Assembly: GCA_965218795.1 (NCBI GenBank)
Contig: OZ244653.1
Location: forward strand, 448,001-512,000
Length of the DNA: 64,000 nucleotides
Source: a bacterium
Lineage (GTDB): Bacteria > UBA8248 > JACPRG01 > G963555815
Direction: 5' to 3'
Below the pieces are notes generated by a model. The model was given only the letters and a program-made list of their open reading frames with translations. It was not told the origin of the DNA and made no database searches. A program made the translations under genes and the position numbers. This document shows, piece after piece, positions 49,527 to 59,660 of this stretch. Positions within the stretch are counted from its first letter, which is position 1. Every line of letters begins with the position of its first letter.

Positions 49527-51343
49527 GCCAGAGCGACAAGGTGCATTTGAACGATAAGCCTGCGCCAAGTGGCGAGGAAGCGAAGCGGGACATGGAGGTG
49601 TCGGACGTCGCCGACGACCTGGGTGTCGCGATCGAACTGCTCGAACCCGGCAAGCCCCTCGTCCTGAACGACGGATTCCTCGTAACCGACAGCGGAAACT
49701 TGATCGTGAGTCAGTATGTCGACATTGGTGTGGACAAGCTGCGCCGACGCCCCTCGACTGTTTTGAAATTCATCGGGGCCAAGTACGGGCTGGAGCATGC
49801 CCTGGAAATTCAGGTGTCCGCCCCGAATCGGTACCGCGATTACGGGGAGACGTTCATCCAAGACGACCAGGAAGGACACGCCTTACGCGAAACCAAAACC
49901 GAAAGCCCACCGCGGTCCTATGAAGAACAAAATCGGGAGCAGGAAAGAGCGTTGTCTCTGCTAGGACAGGAGGGAATGACGATCACAAACACGGATACTC
50001 CGCACGTCGACCGTGCCGCCGAAAGCATGACATTCGGCAAGAGTTCTTGGATCTATTGCACGGCTATAGAGACAACTCCCGAAGAACGGAATGCAAAGCA
50101 CGAGAAATTGTCCCACAAGTATGACCACGAGAGCGTAATTCGGCAGCCAGGAAGGTTCGCCTTTGCACTTGGAGAAATGTTTGCCAACCAACGGGGTCCT
50201 CGAGGACAACGAGGCGACTCTAATCATCCAGGAGGCATTAAGTCATTTCACAACGCTCAACTCGTGATGCACGGCCCCGTTTGGTACACAGACGACGTGC
50301 TTGGGTTCCTTGAGTCACGACGATCCGAGCCTTTGTATAACATGTACCCGCTTTTCTTGAAGCACAGTGAGTATCGAGATCAGCAGGAATACAGATTTGT
50401 ACTTCATTGCGAAACGCCTGTTGAGTCGGAGACACTACGCCTGAACATCACAGGGGCGATGCGCGATGCCCTGGCTCCGCCTCTCGTGGGGGGCCACGTG
50501 ACCTTCCAACGCCGTGAGGACTCCGATGCCGACTCGTCTTCGGGGAAGGTTTCGGGTCCGACACCTACGTTCCAGACCATGACGCAAAGTCGCAATTGGT
50601 CAAATAGGCGCCGTCGGGCATTGAGTATCGAGGGCGAGGTCGTCCAGGAGGAGATCATTACTTCCGAGCAGACCATCGTGTTGAAGACGGAGCTTCCTGC
50701 CGACGGCCTGGAGCTTGGTGAGAGCGGTCTGGATGCTCCAACTCCGAAGGAAGGAGAAATTACCGACTTGAAAACCCGAGAACGTAGGGTTGCAGGAGAG
50801 GTAACCGACAAGGAGACAAGCTGGCGCACAAGGATTTTCACCATCGCGGACCCTTCCGACGCCGAAAGACTGTTCACGATGGAAGAGCAGGATAACGCGG
50901 CAGAGATGCTCAAGGCAGTCAGGCGGCCTTTTGAAAACTTCTCGACATTACCGAAGCAGGCGTCCGAGGCACTAAAGGCACTGGCCTATCAGACAGCATT
51001 TGTCGAACCAGATCTCAAGGTGCAGACAATGAGTGCATGCTGGAATGCCATTTGGGCAATATGCAATCTCTATGAGTGCTATGGCGATATTGTCGGGCCA
51101 GTAAGCATCGAGGAGGACGAGTTTGTTGCCATTACGCTGAAGCAGTCGGAGGATACCGGCGCGGAAGGCAAGATACTCGTGGGACCAAGAGGGACGTTCG
51201 CTTACCTGCTGGTACGCGGAGACGAGAAACGTCCCGGAAATGGGGGCACAAGGGATCGGCTCGTTTTTTTCCCTGACGAAGAGACGCGTGCTGCATTCGC
51301 GGAGTTCGGTTGGACGACTCTGGGGGAGGATGATTCAGAGTAA
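49523..51343 (+). CDS. Hypothetical 606-aa acidic protein
   Basis: Long uninterrupted ORF with protein-like composition; FLKHSEYRDQQEYRFV motif. Confidence 0.8.
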   Translation: MSQSDKVHLNDKPAPSGEEAKRDMEVSDVADDLGVAIELLEPGKPLVLNDGFLVTDSGNLIVSQYVDIGVDKLRRRPSTVLKFIGAKYGLEHALEIQVSAPNRYRDYGETFIQDDQEGHALRETKTESPPRSYEEQNREQERALSLLGQEGMTITNTDTPHVDRAAESMTFGKSSWIYCTAIETTPEERNAKHEKLSHKYDHESVIRQPGRFAFALGEMFANQRGPRGQRGDSNHPGGIKSFHNAQLVMHGPVWYTDDVLGFLESRRSEPLYNMYPLFLKHSEYRDQQEYRFVLHCETPVESETLRLNITGAMRDALAPPLVGGHVTFQRREDSDADSSSGKVSGPTPTFQTMTQSRNWSNRRRRALSIEGEVVQEEIITSEQTIVLKTELPADGLELGESGLDAPTPKEGEITDLKTRERRVAGEVTDKETSWRTRIFTIADPSDAERLFTMEEQDNAAEMLKAVRRPFENFSTLPKQASEALKALAYQTAFVEPDLKVQTMSACWNAIWAICNLYECYGDIVGPVSIEEDEFVAITLKQSEDTGAEGKILVGPRGTFAYLLVRGDEKRPGNGGTRDRLVFFPDEETRAAFAEFGWTTLGEDDSE

Positions 51344-51616
51344 AGCAAGGATGTTGGAGATCGCGACGTCGGATTCCGTGGAGGTCTTCGCGAACCGTGT
51401 GGGTCGATCGGCTGAATGGTGGAGCGGTTCGGAGTTGAGCGCGGAGGAACGATGCCGTTACGACAATTGAGGCGCAGCATACCTCTCGCCGACTTGGTTC
51501 GGAGGGTGGGCATCTAGCGGTTGAGGAATCACGATGCATTCTTGGGAATCTTCGTCAAGTACGCCAGAATCCGCAGATGGCGCAGCCGGCTCGGCGAACA
51601 GAGCCGGCCGGCGCCT

Positions 51617-51805
51617 CTATAGAATGTAGCCCGCAATGCTATCGGCGATCCGCTCCGCCGTCTCATGGATCGAGTCGTACGCCAGATGGGCGTAGCGCGC
51701 CGTGGTCTCGATATCGCTGTGGCCGAGCACCTTGCCGATCACCGGCAGTGTTTCGCCGAGTGCCAGGGCGCGTGACACGAAATGGGTGACGTAGGTTGTG
51801 AGGGG
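51617..51805 (-). pseudogene. Integrase C-terminal remnant
   Basis: HNLRH / frameshift / FVSRALALGETLPVIGKVLGHSDIETTARYAHLAYDSI...*. Confidence 0.85.
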
Positions 51806-51922
51806 TGAACTTCGGCGGCCGCAGGCATTGCGGACAACGGCGCGGTCGGGCTAGACAGACCGGCAGAGCCGGGAATTCGGCATACCCGACCAAGCGGCGC
51901 AAATATCCGGGAGATCCTTGGC

Positions 51923-52897
51923 GTGGACAATGTAGAATGGAGTTGGAACGAGAAGGCTCATCCAATGACCGTGAATGCAATGTTGAATTGTGTCACGGAA
52001 CTCGCGACAGCTGCGCAACGATTCCCAATGGCAACGAAGCAATCTGACGAGAGCACCGCTCTACTTCTCCTGCAAACAGCGGTTAGGCAGATGTCGGTCC
52101 CTATACGAAAGCTCTGCTTGGACGGAAAGGGTGATCTTCTTCAGAGAACAATTGGAAACCCGCATTTCTTACCGATGGGCGGAGAAAAAGGGAATTTTAG
52201 CAAGGCAACAATGAAATGGAGGACCCAACGCCACGAGTGGGTTTTGGGTTACGAGGGGGGCAGAAAAGAAGAAGTGATTGTTCCGGAAACCGAGCACGAA
52301 ATAGAGATTGGGAGATTGTACGGGATTGAGTTTCAAGAAGATGGATGGTGCCAAATAAGGAGTCCGTTCGATCAAACAGGAAGCGGGGTCGATATGGACA
52401 CGTGGCTAGAGACGAAAATTTTGCAGGTGAATTCGATTGGCTATACAGTAAGGGATGCACTGAAGTTGGTGGCGGACTTTGAGGGAGCACATACTAACGA
52501 CCAATTGCCTGCATTTGCAGCGGTTAGGGTCAAACCGGATGACTTTGATAAAGGAGCGAGAAAGCGCTACAGGATGGCAAACTGCGTCTATTTCGGGTGC
52601 TTGTCCTATATTCAACTGATGGTAATTTATGCAGGTCTGTACGTTATTCGGAAGATGCAAAAGTTGATTCAAGAACGTCCTCTTTGCAAGAACGGAGTCA
52701 ACGTGGCTGCTGTCGCCGAGATAATTGCCGCGGTTGAGTCGGATTTGTCAGCGCGCAGCCGAATAGTGAATGGTTGTCACGAAATGATTGTTGTTGGGAA
52801 GTCTAACGTGTCAGGTGCGGAGCGCAAGAAAACCATCTATCGGATATGGTCCGGTTGTGAAGAGTGGGACAAACCCGTTGCAACGTCGAAGCCCTGA
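51923..52897 (+). CDS. Hypothetical protein, lower GC than flanks
   Basis: 324-aa ORF with no recognised family. Confidence 0.7.
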   Translation: MDNVEWSWNEKAHPMTVNAMLNCVTELATAAQRFPMATKQSDESTALLLLQTAVRQMSVPIRKLCLDGKGDLLQRTIGNPHFLPMGGEKGNFSKATMKWRTQRHEWVLGYEGGRKEEVIVPETEHEIEIGRLYGIEFQEDGWCQIRSPFDQTGSGVDMDTWLETKILQVNSIGYTVRDALKLVADFEGAHTNDQLPAFAAVRVKPDDFDKGARKRYRMANCVYFGCLSYIQLMVIYAGLYVIRKMQKLIQERPLCKNGVNVAAVAEIIAAVESDLSARSRIVNGCHEMIVVGKSNVSGAERKKTIYRIWSGCEEWDKPVATSKP

Positions 52898-52970
52898 ATC
52901 GGTGCGGTCAGTGGCACGCAGGTCTGACGCTCCTTTTTCGACGCGTCCCGGCAAAGTTGGGCAGTAGCGC

Positions 52971-53190
52971 TTACGGCATACTCCACAATCGGGACATTGG
53001 AACTGCATGGAAACGATCGCCAAAGGGGATGCTGATTTCGCCATCATACAGCACTATGCCACGTACGAAGCGGTTGCCGACTGCCTTTTCGAGTTTGCGC
53101 AACCCACGCAAGTCAGTCGAATTCACTGTGGCCGCTGCCTTGATCTCAACGCCGGCGACGGCACCAGACATCTGCTCGATGACAATATCT
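52971..53190 (-). pseudogene. DUF4143 ATPase C-terminal fragment
   Basis: GVEIKAAATV..DLRGLRKL..FVRGIVLYDG..AVPMSRLW. Confidence 0.75.
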
Positions 53191-53207
53191 CAAATAACTT
53201 GCGATGC

Positions 53208-53683
53208 TTAGCTGTCGCCGTCATACGGTTTAGCGCAAGGGCAACGTCCGCGCCTCGCGCTGCGTTCTTTCAAGTCGGTCCACGTTGCCATGAACGCGTT
53301 GTGCCGCCCCGGGTCACCAGCATCAGCTTGTCCCTGCCGCGCTGCATCGGGTTCGGGTCGGCTTGTGCCCATTGCCGCCACCAGCAAAGCGCTACGAAGT
53401 CCGCAGGTAAGCCCGATGCGGTCACTTGCACGTTGCTCTTGCAAGAGATGGCGAGGTGCTGCTGATCGTCCTGCGACGTCGTAGCCGTCAACAGGATATC
53501 GTCGATGGCCCAGCCAAGGGCTTCGACCTGCATTGGGAGCAGTGTTCCGGTACCCTCGACACCAGGAAGCGGCTGACCGGTGAGCACCTTTAAGAGAATC
53601 CAGGCAGCGACATGATCCTCGAAATCGAATCCGGATCCCGCCGTCGATCGCGTGGTGCTCGGTCCTGCCGTTTTATTCTTCAT
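53208..53683 (-). pseudogene. N-terminal Cap4-like nuclease fragment of a large defence ATPase
   Basis: STAGSGFDFED..Q..IDDILL..ISCKS..DFV..W; frameshifted and truncated. Confidence 0.6.
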
Positions 53684-53894
53684 CTTCTTCAGGGGCTTCT
53701 TCGTCCCCGGTTAGCGGCTGTTCTCGAAACGCTCGTCATGACGGGAACAACATTATAGTCGCGATACTCCTAGATCATGAGCTACAGACGCCAATGCCAA
53801 CAGTGGTTCAAACAACGGACAGTGGCCTTTGCCAGAAAGTGAAAACGCCAAGACAAAGCCACCAAGACTCCGGACATCGGCATTCGTCCCCGGC

Positions 53895-54089
53895 ATTATT
53901 TTCCTCCCCGCTTCGTTTGTCCGGCGGACTGCCGCTCGATCCACTTGTCGATCTCGGTGCGCCGGAACCGCTAGGCCCCGCCAACCTTGAAGCCGGGGGC
54001 CTTACCATCGGCGGCATGCGATATGCCGTCTTCTCGGCAAGCTTCAGGTATTCGACCACCTCGCGAATTGTCATGATGTCGTTATCCAT
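53895..54089 (-). pseudogene. Excisionase-like HTH (HTH_17) remnant
   Basis: MDNDIMTIREVVEYLKLAEKTAYR / frameshift / AADGKAPGFKVGGA*RFRRTEIDKWI. Confidence 0.75.
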
Positions 54090-54536
54090 GCCGCTCCCCA
54101 TCGGGCTATCGTCTCTCGCATCCAGGTGAGTGATCGCCGGTAGTCGTGAAGACTTCCCCAAGACCGGATGCCCGGTAGTGGTCCCTGGCAGAGCGAAGAT
54201 CCACGGCTGAAACTTGGCCGCCCGAGGCGGGGACAGACGAACGTTGAACGTGTAACGGCCGGCCCGCTGTCGGTCACCGCGTCTGCCCGCAGGTCTCCCA
54301 AGCCCAGCCTCCAACGCCTACCGAATCCTTTCGACAAACGCGGTCAATAGCACCGGGCCGGACCGCAGTTCGTCCGTTCGGCACATACGTATGGCCGGGC
54401 GCCCGCCAGATTGTTTTCTTAGACCCGCAGTGCGCCGCCGAGAGGCCGAGTCGGGCCGGGAAGGGGACGGCGGACGGATGTCCCACGGGAGGGCGTCGCC
54501 GCCTCTCTCAACCATCCACCCGAAGGAGACGGCGCC

Positions 54537-54854
54537 ATGCACACGGTCCAGACCCATCCCGGCAACGCAAGCACCTTCCTCACCCACCTGTTCGGCCAAG
54601 GTCTCGATGACGACCGCTACGTGGTCGAGCGCTTCCGGTCCATGGCCGACGGCGACATCCGGCCCCTGCGCGCCGGGGGTACGAGGACCAAGAACCAGGC
54701 CAAGGCGGCGGGGACGGTCTTGTCCCGGCAGGCGGTCCGGAAGATGCGGCCCGCGCGGGACGAGATCATCATTGCAACCGGAATTAGCCTCCGGAACTCC
54801 GGGGTCCAGTACTGGGGCGAATCTGTCGTGTGGCGGAACATGTTGCAGCGATGA
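54537..54854 (+). CDS. Hypothetical protein
   Basis: RBS GAAGGAG, ATG start, 105 aa. Confidence 0.55.
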   Translation: MHTVQTHPGNASTFLTHLFGQGLDDDRYVVERFRSMADGDIRPLRAGGTRTKNQAKAAGTVLSRQAVRKMRPARDEIIIATGISLRNSGVQYWGESVVWRNMLQR

Positions 54855-54923
54855 TCGACGTTCTCAGGGGACGTCCTGCCGGCCACCCGCCGGCCGGATG
54901 TCCTTCGTCCCGATTCCAACCGC

Positions 54924-55745
54924 ATGGAGGACATGCCGGTGCCCTACAAAGACCGCGACAAGGCACGCGAGCATGGCCGGGAACGCTACCGCAGGCTCAC
55001 CAAGGAGCGCCTCGCCAGCGGTATGTGCCTCAAATGCGGAAGAGATCCCCTTCCTCCCGGCCGCAGCCTGTGCCATGCCTGCGGCGAGAAGAAGCGCAAG
55101 GCCGAGCGCGCCCGGTACGCCAGGGCCAAGGCCGAAGGCAGGCTCTATGGCGGCCGGGATCCCAAGTCTCGCCGAAGGATCGGGCGGGAGAGAAGCAGGA
55201 AGCGTCTGCGAGCACATCGAGATGCCGGCCTTTGCACGCGATGCGGTCGCCGTTCTCCCGTAGAGGGCGGGGCGACCTGCCGGGCTTGCCGTGACGCCCG
55301 GCAGGCGGCCGAACGGGAGCAGTATGCCGGCCGGCGGGCCGAGGGCCGGTGCGGCAGGTGCGGAAGACATGCCCTTAACCATGCCTCGCGCTGCAGTCCC
55401 TGCGCTACTCTCGAGGCCGGGCGCCTTCCACGGAAGAACGCGGCCGGCCGAAGGCGCTACACCCAAAGGAGAGAGAGCTGGCGTTGCACGGACTGCGGCG
55501 AGCCTTCTCAGGGGGCGGCGCGGTGCGTATCGTGCGCGCATCGGTCCTGGGTGCGGTCGGGCCAGCACCGGGGTCTTCCGATCCTTCCGCCGCGCTACAC
55601 CGTGATCGAGGTCGCCACGGGCGAGGACCACGGGACCTGGGACAGCTGGGAGGAGGTGGCCATGTGCCTGGCCTTCGCAAGGCTGTCCCACGATCAGGTG
55701 GAGATCATCAGCGATATTTCGGTGATGGCGTCTTTTACGGGGTAG
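54924..55745 (+). CDS. Arg-rich protein with four tandem CxxC..CxxC zinc-finger-like repeats
   Basis: CLKC/CHAC, CTRC/CRAC, CGRC/CSPC, CTDC/CVSC. Confidence 0.75.
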   Translation: MEDMPVPYKDRDKAREHGRERYRRLTKERLASGMCLKCGRDPLPPGRSLCHACGEKKRKAERARYARAKAEGRLYGGRDPKSRRRIGRERSRKRLRAHRDAGLCTRCGRRSPVEGGATCRACRDARQAAEREQYAGRRAEGRCGRCGRHALNHASRCSPCATLEAGRLPRKNAAGRRRYTQRRESWRCTDCGEPSQGAARCVSCAHRSWVRSGQHRGLPILPPRYTVIEVATGEDHGTWDSWEEVAMCLAFARLSHDQVEIISDISVMASFTG

Positions 55746-55910
55746 CCATAGGCGTTCGGCGGCGGACCCGCGAACGGGCGCTTATCCGTATTGCCGGCCT
55801 GCCGTCCGCCAGCGGGGGGACTATCACCCACGCCCCCCGGCGCACCGGACAACGAGACCGTGCACTGACCCGCCCGCCTTGCTGCGCAGCCGGCCCGACG
55901 TCCTCCGGCC

Positions 55911-56185
55911 TCAACCCCGCCTCTTGAGCCACCACCACGAGATCCACACCGGAAGGCTCAAGACCATCGCGTAGACGGCGATGGCGACCGGGCCGAGCAG
56001 CCCGCCACCAGCGACGCTGCCACCGGCACGAGCGAGCCCACCGACATCAACATCATCGACAGCCACATCCCGGGCCCCGCCTCCGGCGCGAAGCGGAGAG
56101 CGGCGGTCGCGACCACTCCGACGGGCAGCCACAGGAGCGCCAGCGCCCAGAACCCGCGCCGCTTGATGAGTCCCCGGTCGTCCAT
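55911..56185 (-). pseudogene. Small membrane protein, frameshifted
   Basis: MDDRGLIKRRGFWALALLWLP... continues in another frame as GGLLGPVAIAVYAMVLSLPVW. Confidence 0.4.
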
Positions 56186-56980
56186 GCGCCTCACCTGACC
56201 CGATTCCCGCACCCCATACAAGCCCGAGCGGGTTCGTGTTCGACGACAGCCGGGCGAGGACGAAGGCCACGCACGGTCTGCGAGCTCCTTCCCGCCGTAG
56301 AGCCAGAGGGAAGCAAGAGCCGGGCGAACGCCCGGCATGGGAGAGGGAGAACCGTCTCCCGGTCCCGATGCCGGAAGCGCCAACCCGGAACAGGAGACCC
56401 GCCCATGCTCGACTGTGACCTCGAACTCGATGTCCCCACCAGTGATGAACTGCTCGCCGAGATCGGCCTCGATGCCCGCACCATCCGAAGGATCCGGACT
56501 GAAGCCGGAGAAGAAGAGGCGCTCTTCTAGGGTGAACCAAGGGGGCCGGAGAGAGAGGCTCTCCCCCCTGTTCCATCACCCGTTGTCATCCACACTCTCA
56601 CACAGAAGGAGAATGATCATGGCTTTCGGACTCAATCGCGCGGAACTGATCGGCCGCCTGGGATCCGACGTCACCGTCAACCACCTCACCAGCGGTGGAC
56701 GCGTGGCCAACCTGTCGATCGCCACCGACGAGGGCTACATCGACAAGCAGACCGGAGACCGGGTCGACAAGACCGAGTGGCACCGGGTGGTGACCTTCCA
56801 GCCCGGGCTGGTGGACATGTTCGAGAAGCACGCGACGAAGGGCCGGCTGGTCTATGTGGCGGGCAAGCTCCAGACCCGTCGCTGGAAGAAGGACGACGAG
56901 GACTCCGACCGGTTCTCGACGGAGATCCTGCTGGTTCCGGGCGGGCGCGTGCAGTTCCTCGACAAGCCCAACGGCTGGAT

Positions 56981-58021
56981 TTACCCCGTTTCAGTGGACA
57001 GTTTATGGCTGTCGTCCCCAGCCCTGAGGTGGGCGACAACCGGTGGACGTAAAGTCTTCTCCCTATCCGATAGATAGGGTGCCCCCGGGGGGTATGTCTT
57101 GACCTTTGGCTCGCCGCTCTGGGAAGCGCCGGGGACGGCTCGAGCCGGACGATGAGCGTTGCGCACTGCACGTGGCGTTTCCTTCGCCGCGGCGCGTTCG
57201 AAGTCGTTGGGGCTGAGGTAACCCAGGGCCGAATGACGACGGCGTGGGTTGTACCAGCCTTCGATGAATTGGAAGATCGCCATGCGCGCTTCGGCCTGGG
57301 TACGGAACGAGCGCCGGTCGATGAGCTCGCACTCCAGCGTGGCAAAGAAGCTCTCGGCCATGGCGTTGTCGAAGCAATCCCCGGCCGACCCGGTCGAGGG
57401 AACCACCCCCATCTGGCGGCACCGCTTGCCGAAGGCGAGCGAAGTGTACTGCGATCCCCTGTCGGAGTGATGCACGACCCCGTCGGGGCGGCGCTGTCCC
57501 AACGCCATGTTCAGCGCCCCGAGCACCAGTTCGGTGCGAAGATGGTGGGTCATGGACCAGCCCACCGCCCGGCGGCTGAACACGTCGAGCACGATGGCCA
57601 GGTACACGAACCCCGTCCAGGTCGGCACGTAGGTCACGTCGGCCACCCAAAGCCGATCCGGCCCATCGGCCTGGAACTGGCGTTCGACCCGGTCCGGGAC
57701 CACACAATGGCTCTGGTCCACGCGCGTAGTGCGCATACCTCGGCGTCGGCTCACCCCGGCCAACCCTGCCTCGCGCATCAGACGAGCCACCCGTTTGCGG
57801 CTCACCCGGCAGCCGCCGGCCATCAGCTCGGCATGGACCCGAGGCGCCCCGTAGGTGCCACCAGATGCCTCGTGGATGGCCCGTATCGTGCCCCCCAACA
57901 CCTCGTCGCGCTTCGCACGAGGAGAACGCCCACGGCCTCGCCACGCGTAGTACCCGCTGGGGGAGACGCCCAGCACCCGGCACATCGTGGCCACCCGATG
58001 ATGGGCCTGATTCGCCTTCAC
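56981..58021 (-). CDS. IS3 OrfB (DDE domain)
   Basis: MCRVLGVS, YGAPR, WVADVTY, HHSDRGSQY, DNAMAESFF; GTGA overlap with orfA; an A-AAA-G slip site near 58080 would fuse orfA to orfB by -1 frameshift. Confidence 0.92.
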   Translation of the reverse strand: MKANQAHHRVATMCRVLGVSPSGYYAWRGRGRSPRAKRDEVLGGTIRAIHEASGGTYGAPRVHAELMAGGCRVSRKRVARLMREAGLAGVSRRRGMRTTRVDQSHCVVPDRVERQFQADGPDRLWVADVTYVPTWTGFVYLAIVLDVFSRRAVGWSMTHHLRTELVLGALNMALGQRRPDGVVHHSDRGSQYTSLAFGKRCRQMGVVPSTGSAGDCFDNAMAESFFATLECELIDRRSFRTQAEARMAIFQFIEGWYNPRRRHSALGYLSPNDFERAAAKETPRAVRNAHRPARAVPGASQSGEPKVKTYPPGAPYLSDREKTLRPPVVAHLRAGDDSHKLSTETG

Positions 58022-58332
58022 GAGCTCGAGGACTTCGCCCGGACCGAGCCGGTCTCCCGAGCGAACCAAGCCGTAGCTTTTGCCAGTATCTCGCGTTCTT
58101 CGCGAAGCTGACGAACCTCTCGACGAAGCCGTCGCAGCTCCTCAAGCTCGGCGCTTGTCAGACCATCCTCACGACGGCCTTCGTCCCGGTCGGCCTGACG
58201 CACCCAGTTGCGAATCGCCGAAGCGGAACACTCGAACTCCCGGGCCAGCTCCCCGGGCGTACGGCCCGAGCGAACCAGCTCGACCATCTGGCGCCGGTAC
58301 TCCGGCGCGTAGGGTGAATGAGTTTTCGCCAT
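58018..58332 (-). CDS. IS3 OrfA
   Basis: YAPEYR, LAREFE, IRNWV, ELRRLRREV..EREILAKATAWFA. Confidence 0.92.
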   Translation of the reverse strand: MAKTHSPYAPEYRRQMVELVRSGRTPGELAREFECSASAIRNWVRQADRDEGRREDGLTSAELEELRRLRREVRQLREEREILAKATAWFARETGSVRAKSSSS

Positions 58333-58487
58333 CGGAACACCTCCTCCGCACAGTCTGAAGGTGTCCACTGAAACAGGTCAACTCCACGGCAACGGCGCGC
58401 CGGTCGCGGGGGCGGAGACGCCGTCCGACGAAGCGCCCATCGACGACATCCCGTTCTGAGCGCGCATTCCGTTTCCTCTCTCTACCT

Positions 58488-58517
58488 GGGCCGGCGCTTC
58501 GCGCGTCGGCCCTTTTT
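58488..58517 (+). terminator. Intrinsic terminator after ssb
   Basis: GGGCCGGCGC-TTCGC-GCGTCGGCCC-TTTTT. Confidence 0.75.
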
Positions 58518-58652
58518 CATGCTGCCCGTTCCGAGACAGCGCCTGTTCGGGCCTCGCGCCAGCGCTACGCGCGGCGCTTCGTCCTCCGGCGCCGGCGAGA
58601 GCGGAGGCCGGCCGGTATCGGGCGTTCCCCGTCCATCCAGAGGAGGCCCGTC

Positions 58653-59660
58653 ATGCCGCCCCCATCGTCCCGTTCCGCATCTCCCGCCGCCGACATCGCC
58701 GCCGCGCTCGGCGCGCGCGCCGAGGCCGTCTGCCGGCGTTACCTGCCCCAGGGCCGCAAGCAGGGCCGGTACTGGGTCGCCGGCGATCTCGAAGGCGCTC
58801 GCGGCCGCTCGCTCTTCGTCCGCCTGCACGGTCCCGGGGTCCCCGGGAAGTGGACCGACGCGGCCACCGGAGAGCACGGCGACCTGCTCGATCTCGTCCG
58901 GCATCGCTCGGGCGCGCCGACGCTTCGCGCGGCGCTCGCCGAGGCCCGGGCCTTCCTCGCCCTGCCGGCTCCGCCGGCGTCGGGCGAGAGCTACGACGCA
59001 ACAGAAGCGGCCCGCCGCCTCTGGCGGCGTTGCCGCCCCATCGACGGCACCCATGCCGAGGCCTATCTCCACGCCCGCGGACTCGTGCGCTGCCGGTTCC
59101 CGGCATTGCGCTTCCATCCCGAGCTTCGCTATCGCGAAGGCTCTTCCCTGCGCCGTTTTCCGGCGCTGGTCGCCGCCGTGACCGGCGACGACGGCGCCAT
59201 CCACGGCGTGCAGCGCACCTGGCTCGATTCGCGCTTGCCCGCCAAGGCGGACGTCGCGGCCCCGCGCAAGGCGCTCGGCCGCATCCACGGACGCGCCGTG
59301 CGCTTCGGCAGGCCCGCCGCCGACGCTTCGCTGATCGTCGGCGAAGGCATCGAGACGGTGGTGTCGATTCTCACCGCGGCGCCCGGGGTCATTTCGGCGG
59401 CCGCGCTCTCGGCCGGAAGCCTCGGCGCCTTCGCTCCGCCTGGCGGCGTCGCGCGCCTCGTCATCGCCCGGGACAACGATTCCGAGGGAGAGCGGGCCGC
59501 CCAACGCCTCGCCCGGCGCTGCGCGCGGGCGGGCGTCGCCGCCCACGTCATCGTCTCCGAATACGGCGACTTCAACGACGACCTCGTTGCACTCGGACCC
59601 GGGGCCCTGGCTCTTCGGCTCGCCGCCCTGTTCCGTACGCCGCAGCGGAGGGGAGAGTGA
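58653..59660 (+). CDS. Toprim-domain primase-like protein of conjugative elements
   Basis: GKWTDAATGEHGDLLDL, GVQRTWL, VGEGIET, IARDND, DFNDDL. Confidence 0.88.
   Translation: MPPPSSRSASPAADIAAALGARAEAVCRRYLPQGRKQGRYWVAGDLEGARGRSLFVRLHGPGVPGKWTDAATGEHGDLLDLVRHRSGAPTLRAALAEARAFLALPAPPASGESYDATEAARRLWRRCRPIDGTHAEAYLHARGLVRCRFPALRFHPELRYREGSSLRRFPALVAAVTGDDGAIHGVQRTWLDSRLPAKADVAAPRKALGRIHGRAVRFGRPAADASLIVGEGIETVVSILTAAPGVISAAALSAGSLGAFAPPGGVARLVIARDNDSEGERAAQRLARRCARAGVAAHVIVSEYGDFNDDLVALGPGALALRLAALFRTPQRRGE

Larger units (their letters stand above)
56976..58386 (-). mobile_element. IS3-family insertion sequence (1411 bp)
   Basis: TG...CA ends; inverted repeats TGGATTTACCCCGTTTCAGTGGACA / TGGAGTTGACCTGTTTCAGTGGACA; 4-bp target duplication CGGC. 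Confidence 0.95.
56619..58459 (+). pseudogene. ssb: Single-stranded DNA-binding protein interrupted by an IS3-family element
   Basis: LNRAELIGRLGSD, TEWHRVV, GKLQTRRW; removing the IS restores DKPNGNGAP...DDIPF*. Confidence 0.92.
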
